Origin: Tubiluchus corallicola
Taxonomy: Eukaryota; Animalia; Priapulida
Length of the DNA: 64,000 nucleotides
Direction of reading: 5' to 3'
NCBI GenBank assembly: GCA_030141605.1
Contig: JAQGDQ010000361.1
Span: forward strand, 1-64,000
Of the stretch, positions 12,200-24,200 are shown one piece after another; positions within the stretch are counted from its first letter, which is position 1, and each line of letters begins with the position of its first letter. Made by a program: the position numbers and the translations under genes. Below the pieces are notes generated by a model that saw nothing but the letters and a program-made list of their open reading frames with translations, was not told where the DNA came from and did no database searches.

Positions 12200-12897
12200 C
12201 TTTCTAAGAATTCCGTTATATGCTGGCTATATGAAAGCCCAGCGAAATTCATGGTCTCTTTTGTCACATCTTCGAATTTTTTATGTCGAAAGTTCCTCAT
12301 GTCTGACAATCACCATGATTGTTTGTGGGATGTCCTTCAGCATTGCTGTACGAATGCCGCATGTTCTAACATGTCCGCATGCAACTCTTCGTCGGTATAG
12401 TTAACTTTCCCAAATCCCAGTGTCTTGTTTGAAGTAAACACCTGTCTGAGATATCTGATTAAATAAATGATTTTGGTGGTGGATTGTCCTTCAAGCAATA
12501 GGAGCAGATCTTCAATGTGCAACTGCACAGTTTTGACAACATGAAATTTGTGTTTTGCACATATCCTACTGAGTACCTCTTCTGTCATTGAGGTTATAGA
12601 ATGACCACAGTTGATTATTTGCACTGTCTCAAATGTGCGGTCACAGTTAGCAGTTGAAGCTAATTTTCTGCTGTGGGTAAGGAATCAGTTTACCCAGCCC
12701 AGTTACTGCCAGTTCCTATTCATAAAAGCAACGTCGGCATAATTACATGTGGCAATATTCCTGATCACTTTTATTTCCTGAGATATAGTTTCATTTTTGT
12801 AAAGGTGCTGGATGACCCTCCAGGGTGTGAGATCATTTCTTTGAAACCCTGATACAGTTACTAGTGGCTCGCACAAATACAAGACGTCAGGAGCATC
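12200..12897 (-). pseudogene. Carbohydrate 6-O-sulfotransferase (CHST1/3/5-like) fragment, disrupted
   Basis: PDVLYLCEPL resembles HPDVFYLFEPL; ICAKHKFHVVKTVQL...KIIYLIRYLRQVFTS resembles VVKTIR...KIIHLVRDPR; KFEDV resembles RYEDL. Stops and frameshifts are present and the 5'-PSB motif is missing. Confidence 0.7.
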
Positions 12898-13050
12898 TCG
12901 GCTTCTGAGCGCTTCGCTACCCTCTTTTATCACCAGGACGGAGTCCTGGGCTGTCACTGTTCTAAAACCAGTGGCCCGACTATCAGCCCACGTTAACCGT
13001 TCCTAGGTCCCCACCATGAAATAGTTAATATATAACGATTATTCAATATG

Positions 13051-13200
13051 TCTAATTAAATTAAAAGTTGATAATAATACTGTTACCAATGATGCAGAAA
13101 TTGCAGAAGAATTTAATTCTTACTTCAGTGCCATCGGTCAGAATCTTGCTAATAAAATTTCTACTGCAGACATCCAATACCACCAATTTTTACTCACTTT
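13051..13200 (+). mobile_element. CR1/L2 LINE ORF2 pre-RT fragment
   Basis: LIKLKVDNNTVTNDAEIAEEFNSYFSAIGQNLANKI (IA-FN-YF-IG motif). Confidence 0.65.
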
Positions 13201-15048
13201 CAGAACTGAAAAAATATGAATTCATTCTTCTTTTGACCCATTTCTTGTCATAATTTTCAATGTGAATATTTTATGTATCTTATGTAAATATATTTGCCTA
13301 ATGATAGCTTGCGTAAACGTTATCGTATCGCTAGTCCTTCCTTTTACAAAATGTTATGACGGCGTCGAAAAGCCGTTTATTTTCATCTCCCACCTCCACA
13401 TTGTAATGGTCCGATCCATTATGAAACCATTGCGTGTACGCATAGAATACCAGATATAAATGAGCCGCGCAGGTAATTGTTCCGAGGTCTAGTGGCAGTG
13501 TGTACAGGTGAGTTTTGCCATTTCAGCACCTGTTTTGCAACCCAGAATGAGGGATACAGGACAAGTTTGACAAATTCAACATTAATTTCTAGACAAACTA
13601 TCAGCCATATCAGCACTATCGCTCACATATGATACAGCACACAGCTTTGCTTTACACATATGTCATGTGACGGTTGTAGTTAAGACACGTTTATGTGATA
13701 CACTTAACCTCTGACCTGCAGCAAGTGCGCGTGCGCACAACGAACAGTGAAAAGGCTTGTTATGAATGAACGGTACATAGACAATTATTAAATGATTCAA
13801 GTTTTTTTAAAGTTAGTCGGAATACAATTTAAACCAAATAGCAAATGTATAAATTAAACAACATAATGCACTGTAATTCAAATATGCCAGCTGGAAGTGT
13901 TTTAGTATATCGGGCCTTTCAGCATGCCCTATACTATAGTTCGGAAAAAAGTTTTGAAATGCAAATAAGACCTTCCAAACTTTGCAAAACAAATTTAAAT
14001 ACCGCTTATGCAAACATCCGTTAAGAAAATTTTATAAGCTCAAATTGCTCTGCGCGAACTAAGTTAAATAGGATGAATTCTAGAAAATATAATGTCTACC
14101 TCGTTGGTTTTGCAAAACGTCAAGTCTAGTGAAAATTAGAAATACTGAAAATTATGAAAAAGTGCTAATAATTATCAAACAATCTAGTAAATGCTTACAA
14201 ACGGAAGTGAACGAAACATCTAATCGCATCGCCATTAGCTGCAAGGTGACCGTCTTTAAAAACTACCAGAATTAACATATATAGCGGAACAGGTACCCAG
14301 CTAATAAATGGCGGATGGTATCCTAACGGTGTAGAGAGAAGCTTGGCAAACTTCTGAACATTGCTGTGGAAAATCAATATAAAACTGCATGCACAATAAC
14401 CAATACAGCACAATGAACATAAACTATGATGAAGAAAACGTAATAACAACGGATAGCTGCATTTCGCCAATAAATCCAGCAGCAAATGAAGAAGAGAGTG
14501 AAATGAATGCAAAAAAGGACAGCACATCCAGTTACGAATAAGAAAAAGTAACAGAACAAACAGAAAACGGGAAGAAAATGAACGAAATCAGCACGAAAAA
14601 GCAAAAACCACTGCTACAGTAAGCGACACGAACACGAAGATTGAACCACAAACTAGAAGACTAGAGGCAGATAGATCAGAGACAAAAAACAAAATACAGC
14701 GCGAGCATGTCATGAAGTTACAAGAGAAAGACAAGGAAGCAACCGTTATAAGAACAAAACCATCAGCTAGCATTGGAAAAAGAAAGCCTAAGTAGCGAAA
14801 TTAAGTCTGAAAAAATGGCACGGTACAAACGGCTCTGAAAAAAGCAATGCCCTAATGATGTTATCTAATTCTCGGAGCGTTAATGGTGAGTATTTCGTTT
14901 TCATTTGACGAGTTTTTATTTATTTCAGGTAGCCTAACTTCAATATCCCTTTTGAAATCACCAAAGGATTCATTTGACAAATGGTCCCCACAGAAAAACG
15001 GCTTAAAAACAGCTCTGCTTTTTGTTCTTCTTTAACTACAAATTCGTT

Positions 15049-17159
15049 GTTGCATATCAGAATTTGTGCGTTTGCTTTGCTTTCGGATTTCACAAAAACT
15101 CGTTTATAAATTTTTACCTTGTTGCGAGTTTAGGTTTTCAGCCTGTCCTTAACCAACTGTTTGCCTCTTCGCTTAAAGCATCGTCAAACTTTTGTTTGGC
15201 CTCTACATATAAAGTGCTTTGTTTTCAGGAGTTGGATATCTCAAAAACTCTCTTTTTTTACATTTTCCTACCCGCTGTGACAGCGTTGATAAATTTGCTG
15301 ACCAGAACGGTTTGCTATGTTCACATAAGGTTTTCCTTCTTAGATATACGTAACTTATGTAAAGCAATAAACCTTTAAACCATTCCCATAGAATTGAGAC
15401 ATCTCTGTTCACAGCAGAGCTATAAATTCGTTATATGCTGCTCTATGGCTACTTCCAATCCCACAAACCACCTTAGCCAATCAGAATTTTTTACATCATC
15501 CTGCGCTGTGTTCACTTAACCTTTGACCTACAGCAACTGCGCCTGCGCACAGCAATCTGTTTTCCGACAGATGGGCCAGAAAGTCAGACGTATGCCTCCT
15601 ATTGTATCTAAAATTATCAATTGCTAAGTTCTCCAAGTGCGAGAAAAACGATCGAATATTCCTTAAACTGCCAATAAATCTTTTCATGTTTGCCAAAATA
15701 ATGGTATTTTACCGAGAGTCTGTAGCATTGTCTGTATGTCGATGAATAAATGTGATTCCCAAACATTTTTGCTCTAAACAAGTCACTTATCACATGAAAG
15801 TACTTTCCGAAAAAGCTTTACAGCAATAATATTAACTTGCATATCGAGAGGCGGTAAATCGCATATTAACTCCAATTTGTATATGGCTCGGTGAAAGTAG
15901 AACAGGTTGCAACCTTCATAGAGTCATATAAAATACCTGTGTGCTTCTTTCTCGTCCACGCCGTTGAAGCATACAAAAGTATTGGTAAAGCTGTAGCTGT
16001 AAACAAACATACTATTGTAGGTAAGTTTTATCCACTAAGTTTTCGACATTTATTTTTTATATTGATCCACTGGCTGCAAGCCCTCCTGCGAATGTTGTTA
16101 ACATATTTTGTAAGCTTTAATTTATTATCGATGGTTAACCCGAGTATAGTCCTCTCTTCCACATACATCAAGACCAACTTTGAGATTCGGTGGAATAGGG
16201 TAGTTGGACCACGCACCAATTAATAAGGTTTCGGTTTTATTAAGGCGTGCATGAATTTTTAATCTCCATTTGGTACAGCAATTATTCAAAACTTCAAAAC
16301 AATTTTGAGCTGCACTTAGACACGAAAGAGCATCCTTTCTAGATACATCCTTTCTAAGAATTCCGTTATATGCTGGCTATATGAAAGCCCAGCGAAATTC
16401 ATGGTCTCTTTTGTCACATCTTCGAATTTTTTATGTCGAAAGTTCCTCATGTCTGACAATCACCATGATTGTTTGTGGGATGTCCTTCAGCATTGCTGTA
16501 CGAATGCCGCATGTTCTAACATGTCCGCATGCAACTCTTCGTCAGTATAGTTAACTTTCCCAAATCCCAGTGTCTTTTTTGAAGTAAACACCTGTCTGAG
16601 ATATCTGATTAAATAAATGATTTTGGTGGTGGATTGTCCTTCAAGCAATAGGAGCAGATCTTCAATGTGCAACTGCACAGTTTTGACAACATGAAATTTG
16701 TGTTTTGCACATATCCTACTGAGTACCTCTTCTGTCACTGAGGTTATAGAATGACCACAGTTGATTATTTGCACTGTCTCAAATGTGCGGTCACAGTTAG
16801 CAGTTGAAGCTAATTTTCTGCTGTGGGCAAGGAATCAGTTTACCCAGCCCAGTTACTGCCAGTTCCTATTCATAAAAGCAACGTCGGCATAATTACATGT
16901 GGCAATATTCCTGATCACTTTTATTTCCTGAGATATAGTTTCATTTTTGTAAAGGTGCTGGATGACCCTCCAGGGTGTGAGATCATTTCTTTGAAACCCT
17001 GATACAGTTACTAGTGGTTCGCATAAATACAAGACGTGAGGAGCATCTCGGCTACTGAGCACTTCGCTACCCTCTTCTATCAGTAGGGTGGAGTCCTAGG
17101 GTGTCACTGTTCTAATACCAGTGACCCGACTATCGACCCTCATTAACCATTCCTAGGTC
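15049..17159. repeat. Duplicated block, copy 2, lacking ~1.9 kb of copy 1
   Basis: 15049-15508 matches 8997-9460 and 15503-17159 matches 11353-13009. The two parts join through a shared gcgctg. Confidence 0.95.
16350..17047 (-). pseudogene. Second copy of the CHST-like sulfotransferase fragment
   Basis: Near-identical to 12200-12897 with the same disruptions. Confidence 0.7.
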
Positions 17160-17500
17160 ATCTGACTACTAGGCACACAGTTCCCATGACCAAGCTCTGA
17201 CAACACTTATATCAATTCGAAACAATAGAGCAATGCCCGCTGGTCACTCGACTGGCCAGGTCCAATTCTCCATCAAACTGCTCGCAGACGATGCTAATGA
17301 GTTTTGAATTATCTTCGGCCACTTTTCGGCCGTTTTTCGCAAAACTTATACCTCTTATTTCTGAAGAACGGAATGGGTCGCGGGCGGTGCCAGCCATGAA
17401 TAGATAGGAAGCAGCACACATTTGGCTGAAGCAAAGTCTTATCACTTTAGTCCTTTTTGCACCAACTTTGTTTGAGTATCCTCAAAATTAATCAAATATA

Positions 17501-17670
17501 CTAGTGTTCATTTGTTTGACCAAGCACTTTTAATGTACAGTTGGTTACGTTCTTCGCGGTGGGCCCGATTCGAAAAATAAAACCCCAATGGCACGACACT
17601 AGATCGAGACCTTTCGTTTGATGTATAGATCGCTGCAAATGGTGCCGTCGTCGGGGCTGTAGCTTCGAAT

Positions 17671-17713
<43 letters not shown>

Positions 17714-17734
17714 GGGTAGAATTAATATATGCGA
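17501..17734 (-). mobile_element. Short Helitron-like element ~200 bp upstream of the polycystin ATG
   Basis: Shares ttaattctac...(TA)n-taagattcga-gcta with the 2688-2900 element; A|TC start and CTAG|T end, but no clear 3' hairpin. Confidence 0.45.
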
Positions 17735-17939
17735 TGTAAACTTTGCTAGAAAACAATGGAAGCACAGAAAACAATCGGCGTCGTAACAACAGTGCGTTCT
17801 ATAATTTTCCTAATCCAGCCAAGTGATACGAACTCACTTTTCTGAAAGGTTAGATATCACATAATTTGATGCTCTTTGCTCAAGCAATTCGTATTCAGTA
17901 TCTCCTGCAGTATCGAATACTGACGACAAAATATTTGCA

Positions 17940-18290
17940 ATGGCAAAATTTTGGATTGCACTGGTACTGTGTTTCAGTTCTCTTCCAAAACTTAGTCTAA
18001 ACACAGTGATGTTTTACCTGGGATGTTATGAAAGATGGGATGACTTCGACATAACGTTTGATATGTCGGACTTCAAATATTACATGGATGCATGTGTTGA
18101 TTATTGCAACGAAAACAACAGTAAGTATGCCCTAATGGACAACAGTAAAACGTGTGGATGCTCTAGAAAGTACAGTACGGAGAGGTCACTTGCAGGCAAT
18201 GAAAGTTATTGTGCCACACGTTGTAAAACACGTAACCTCAATAAAAACTACGTGTGTGGCAGCAAAAGACATTGGAGTGTTTACGTCGTA
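17940..18290 (+). CDS. N-terminal part of the polycystin-1-like protein: signal peptide + WSC domain (ORF stays open to 18443)
   Basis: MAKFWIALVLCFSSLPKLSLN signal-like start, then YLGCY...CVDYC...KYAL...CGC...C..C...CG...WSVY, the WSC cysteine pattern. Confidence 0.85.
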
Positions 18291-18291
18291 G

Positions 18292-21200
18292 GTGACAGAT
18301 GCCCCTGTGACGGTATACAACTGTTCCATAAATTATTCCATGTCTCTCGCCTGGCATTTCAGTTTGGTGCCAGAGTCAGATATGTATTCTTGTCTGCAAG
18401 GAAGTCAACTTGCAAAAGAGACAACTCTAAAAATAGATTCTGATAAGTTCATCACAGTAGATACTGGTATTCTAGCACCAGGTACATACACTGTCAGCCT
18501 TACACCAACATTGACTTCAACACAGAGCTGGTTGAATAGTAGAAGCTATAAGCCTACATTGGGATGGATTATTATCTCCAGTAAGCTAGAACCTATTATT
18601 GCTGGAGAATTTCTTAGAAACATAAGCTGGAAAGACAATCTAACAATGGATGCGTCAGCTTCTTATGATGCCTGTGTGGCAACTAATGAAATCGACACTA
18701 ACCTAACCTACAAGTGGAGCTGTTATATAGAGCTAGATTTGTTTAGCTATTCATTCACAACGGGGATTGGCTGCATCGAACGTAACACTACTGCTCTGTC
18801 ATTTAATAAACCAACTTTTACAATTTCAGCCAAAACTTTTCCACAAGATTCAGTTTTAGTATTCACGCTTGAGTTGGGGAAGCCTAATCGGCCGTCAGAA
18901 ATAAAACAACAAGTAGTAAAAGTGATACCAGCAGGAGCCGAAATTATCCAAATAAATTGTTTAAAAAACTGCAGACGCCGTGTGAACAAAGCTGAAAGCC
19001 TAATCCTGCAAAGCGTTTGTGTGAGCTGTAATAACGATACTTTATCAACTGGTATCTATTATTGGACTCTAAGAGCAAGATCCTTGCTAAATGATGGTAG
19101 CACTCTCTTAAATATTACAGCATTTGCCATTGTCAGAAAGGGAACTGATGTAATTGTCCTGAAAAAAGATGTTTTCATTCCAGGACATGTGTATCTGATA
19201 GAAGTAAAGGGTGGTCCTGCTATTAGTATTCCAGGAACGGCCTTTTATGAAGTGTTTGTTTATGAGCCACCACCATTCAAAACTGCCTGTTCTGTTATTC
19301 CAAGCGAAGGAATAGCACTGAAAACAAAATTTTCGTTACAATGCGACAATAGTAGCTTCGTCAGCACCTTCTTCACCTATGATTTTTATTACAGAAATTT
19401 TGCAGGAAAAACTGAAATGAAAGGGTCTAAAGGAGATTTTTTATACAGCAGCACAGAGCCCATACTTCCGCCGGTAACTCTTCCAGCTGGAGAAGGTAAG
19501 ATTTTGCTTCAAGCAACGAATATTACAAAAGAAACATTTCTAGTTGAATATAATGTTACAGTTTTACCATTTCTATGTAACGAAACTGACAAGGTATCAG
19601 AAGTTGAATGCGAAACATACATTTTAAATGCTTTGAAGAATTTGACATCTTTGACAAGTATGAAAAATGAAACAGACATTCTTGATTTTATTCAGACTTT
19701 GAAAGTTATAATGGAGGAAGTAAGTAAAATAAGAAAACAAAATGAAACAGAAGACCCTGAATTTGTACAGAAAGTTACTGAGATGAAATCTGAGATCCAA
19801 GCGTTGGTGGTAAATCAACTTATTCAAGTTCCTGTGTCCACTCACAAAGTTATGAAATTCCTATCATCAATGATGAGCCAAGTCATCACTTCTGATGCCG
19901 ACCTAAATCCAGAAATCATAGTACCTATCACTGCGAAGTTTCACGATATTGCAACATTTATGAAACAAAGCACAGAAGATATAAACGTGAATGATTTAGA
20001 AGATACTACAAGTGCTCTTCTGCTTGCGGTATCCATTATTCTTGGTGAAACTACTAAACGAACTAGCACATCTAATGATGAAAAATTTAAACAACTTTCA
20101 AAAAGAGAACTTCAAAATACATTTCGTCACAAACGCGAAAATGTTACACAGGTTAAAAATATAATTCTGAAATCAATTGACACGATTCATAATGCAGCAT
20201 CAGCTACTTTACGTCATAAAATTGTATATGATGAACCAACTACTTTCACGACAAATCTATTAACGCTTAGAGTAGCACGGCAAAAGGTTAGTCATTTAGG
20301 AGGTTCGGAACTGCAGTTAAATGGTTTTGGTCATTTTCAGTTGCCTTCTGCTGCAGCGCTTTCAAAAATGCAAGAACATGAAGATGAACTAGAATTAGAG
20401 ATTTTGTCCATAAAACAAAATATATTCACACCTTTTGAGTCGACTCTTCACAGTAGCATTCCTATTGCAAGTTTATCTATTGGCAGACAGCTGAGGCATT
20501 CTAGAACTGAATTTGATGAACTTTCTGAGCCCCTAGAATTTTTCATGGATGTTGCAGCTGATGCAAAGTACTCAAAATCATCTTTTGTGAAACTTGAAAA
20601 CCATTTGTTTAACAAGTACATAACTGTTCACTCATTTGTTCTTAATGCTCATAGTACAGCTATAATGTCTTTTCAAGACATGCCTGTCGGAGTTGCATTA
20701 AAGGTCGTTACCAAAACAGGCAAAAGACCTGTGATTGAAAACTTCAATGATGGTTCCACTGTTTTTCACATTCCTGCCATAAATGGAGGCTATTATAGTA
20801 GACAGTTTGCTGACAATATTGTGAGTTTCTATAATGAACAGAACGTATCCATTAAGTATTTCGCTGGCATTTTATTTGACTCTTATTATGAGCCTTCGTG
20901 CTTCCATCCATCTCTTAGATGTAAGTCAGAAAATGTTGAGTGCATGGCAGGGATCTACAGCGATTGTGATGGCAGCCTACATGAAGCTTCGTGCAAAGGA
21001 AATGCAAGTAGGATTTGCAGTGTAGATAACTGCATGCAGAAGTATGCATGCTATAATGATTGGGTTGAAAACTGTAAAAATATATCTCGTTATTGTGATT
21101 CGCAGCACAGACAATGTCTGTCAGTGCTAGACTACAGATGCAGTAAACATAATGTGAAATGCTCTCATGATTGCAGTACATCTCTCGAAATTGAAACTTG

Positions 21201-24200
21201 TCTTCCGATTTGTACGAAAAAGCATCAGCGGTGTCGCCAGAGTTCTCAATTCAAGTGCGAAACTGTAAAAAGTTGTGTTAGGAATAGTGACTCTGCTTGT
21301 ATTGATACACTGCTTGTTGAAACCAAGGCACAGCATTGTAGATATATGATGCTGAAATGTGACGAACAGTCGACAGGTGAGTGTGACACAAGTTTTGTTT
21401 CTTGTAATACAACGTGTTATCAATGTCTGCCTAAATGTGATGCAGAAGTTACACAAAATTGTGTCAAAGCCTGCAAAAACCTACGCACATCTTGTTATTC
21501 AATGGCTAATCAAGTATGCAGGCAATACGTAATTAAGAACAATGATAATTGTGCTAATATTCCATGGAAAACAAATGAAGAGCAAAACGAAGCTGCAACT
21601 CCTGCATTTCAGGAGCCAGATTTGACATATTTTGTGTTTTTACATACAGCTGATATTAAGGATAGTGGTACCAAGGCACGCGTGTATCTCAGACTTCATG
21701 GTAATCGCAGAATTACAAATGAGCTGCTGCTTTCTAAAAGAACGTTTAAACGAGCTACAGTTGAAAAATTTACAATAGAGTCACAGTCAATTGGAAAATT
21801 GGAAAAAATTACTGTTTGGCACAATAACCAGGGAATAGGAGCAGGGTGGCTCCTGGAAAAGATAGTTGTCAAGGAAGAACAGCTAGAGTTTACTTGTCCC
21901 TGTATGACTTGGCTGGCTGGTAGCCCATTAGAAAACGAAAAAATATTTTCCTGCTACGTGGTTGCAAATTTTACTCCTACTGTTAATCCTCCCATACAAC
22001 GTGTTGACTTCAATCTCAGCTTTTACTCAGTAAAGTGTCTATATTGGAACATATCATTGTACAATTGGTTGGACGGGGGATGCTTTGTGGGCCCATTAAC
22101 AACGCCAAGTCGAATTCATTGTAAATGCTATCATATGACCATATTTACTGGAGCCGTTGTTGTAAAACCAAATCAGATTGATCCATTTGAAGATGTTGTT
22201 CTGTTCGCGACATTTTTTGACAATCCCGTAATTATTGTGTTCATGCTGGTTGTGTGGTTGTTGTATTTGACCTTGCTTCTATATGCAAGGAGAAATGATC
22301 AAAAGGATACCACGCGGGTAGGTGTGACAGTACTGGAAGACAATAATCCCATTGACAAATATACATACCTCATCATTACGTTCACAGGATTGAGGCAAGG
22401 TGCAGGGACAACTGCTAAAGTTACATTTTTAATCGAAGGAAAAAATGGAAATAGTTTGCCTATTAAGCTTTATCATAAAGACAGATCAACATTTGACAGC
22501 GGAGCTGACGATTGGTTTCTGATGACTACACATCAATGTCTTGGCGAAATTACTGCTATCGAAATATGGCATGATAATTCTGGATATGATCCTAATTGGT
22601 TTCTAAAACTAGTCATTTTAAAAGACGTACAAACAAATGCAGTCTGGTGTTTTCCCTACAATAACTGGCTAGCTATTGATCGTGGCCCACAGACTGTGAA
22701 GTGTAGGCTCTTCCCAGCCTTCAAACATGAACTTGTGAGGTTTACTCACATCTTTGCTTATAGGGCTTTGCGAGGCTTTAGAGACGGCCACTTGTGGGCA
22801 AGTGTGTTTTACAGACCACCTAGAAGTAGTTTTACAAGAGTTCAAAGGCTATCATGTGCTTTGTCATTGATGCTGACTGCCATGCTTTCCAACATTATGT
22901 TTTACGGGATAGCCACCAATAAGCCTGAGACTCAAATAATAATAGGGGAAATTCAGTTATCTTGGACTCAAATTTATATTGGTGTTGCAAGTGTCTTAAT
23001 TACTTTTCCAATCAACATACTTATTATTCAAATGTTCCGCTCTGCAAAACCTTATCCGGGCAATCGTTTCAAGCATTTTTCTTTTGGATGGTGCTTTAGA
23101 AGAAATCGTGATCATACAGAAAACGAGAGCTTAATTGAAAGCGATTCCTCAAGAAATTTTGAAGAAACAACGAAAGAAAACGTTGTCTTGTTTGGAAGTG
23201 AAAATGATTGGCTGAAGTGGATAAATAACACTAGACATATCGAAATTGAAACCTTAAAGGAAATACAGCACAACATTGTGGAGGCAAGAAGAATGATAGA
23301 AATTCTGCCAAAGTGCGTTCCTGCATTAGATCAAAACAGACATTTGGCTAGAAAATCTGTAATATCACTGAAAAGAAATCCCTACATTTATTCCACAAAT
23401 ATCAGTCGAAAAAATAGAGTGGAATCTAACATAGACATCGCTTATAAATACAGTGACGACTTCAGCATTGACTCACAGAGTACAAGTTCTACCATGAGCA
23501 CTGACAATCATATAAAATCGATACCATTTCCCTTTTCACTCTGCACTGGGAAGGACGTCTATGGCAGTCCAGTCATGATTTTGCCATGGTGGTTTGTGTA
23601 TATCGCTTGGTTGTTAACTATTAGCATTTCATTGATTTGTACTTATTTAGTCATGCTTTATGGTTTAAAATTTGGCTATCAGAAAAGTGTCGAATGGCTC
23701 TTGTCAATGTTGGTGTCAGTTATGTCCAGCATTTGCTTAACTCAGCCAGCAAAAGTTCTAATATTGGCTCTAGTGATAACGTTGATATTTAACCATCCGC
23801 CTGAAATAGAACCTGCAATGGCCGAATTACAGCTATTGCAAGTTGAAGAAAGTAACAGGCTGCAATCTGACTGGCTGGTTAAACATCGAATTATTACAGA
23901 GCGACGATATAAATACAGACCTCCAAAGGAAAGTGAAATTGCTGTTATCAGAGAAAAACTTCTACAAAAACAGAACTTCAATAAAATAATGAGCGAACTT
24001 CTCCTTTTTAGCTTTTTCGCTTTAATTTTATCAACCCTAGTTTTTAACTTTCGTGACAAAAGCTTTTTCTGGGTAACCAAAACTGTTAAGGATCTTGCGA
24101 TTAATGGAGCTTACTATCAAGGAAATACAACGTTCGCTGCAATAACGGATGTTCCAGGTATATGGGATTATGTAACTAACTCTTTGCTACCAAGTCTGAC

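Larger units (their letters stand above)
8997..13009. repeat. Duplicated block, copy 1 (8997-9460 and 11353-13009 recur at 15049-17159)
   Basis: Near-identical sequence; ORFs 11741/15891 and 11878/16028 are identical, 12337/16487 near-identical; constant offset of 4150 in the right part. Confidence 0.95.

Noticed and set aside
14200-14800. Lys/Glu-rich broken reading frames, possibly LINE ORF1
   Set aside because: Only a weak motif (INIYSGTGTQLING) with multiple stops; not supportable as a feature.
17190-17320. 130-bp similarity to 8361-8490, possible L1/Tx1 endonuclease piece
   Set aside because: The repeat is real but too short and degenerate to classify.
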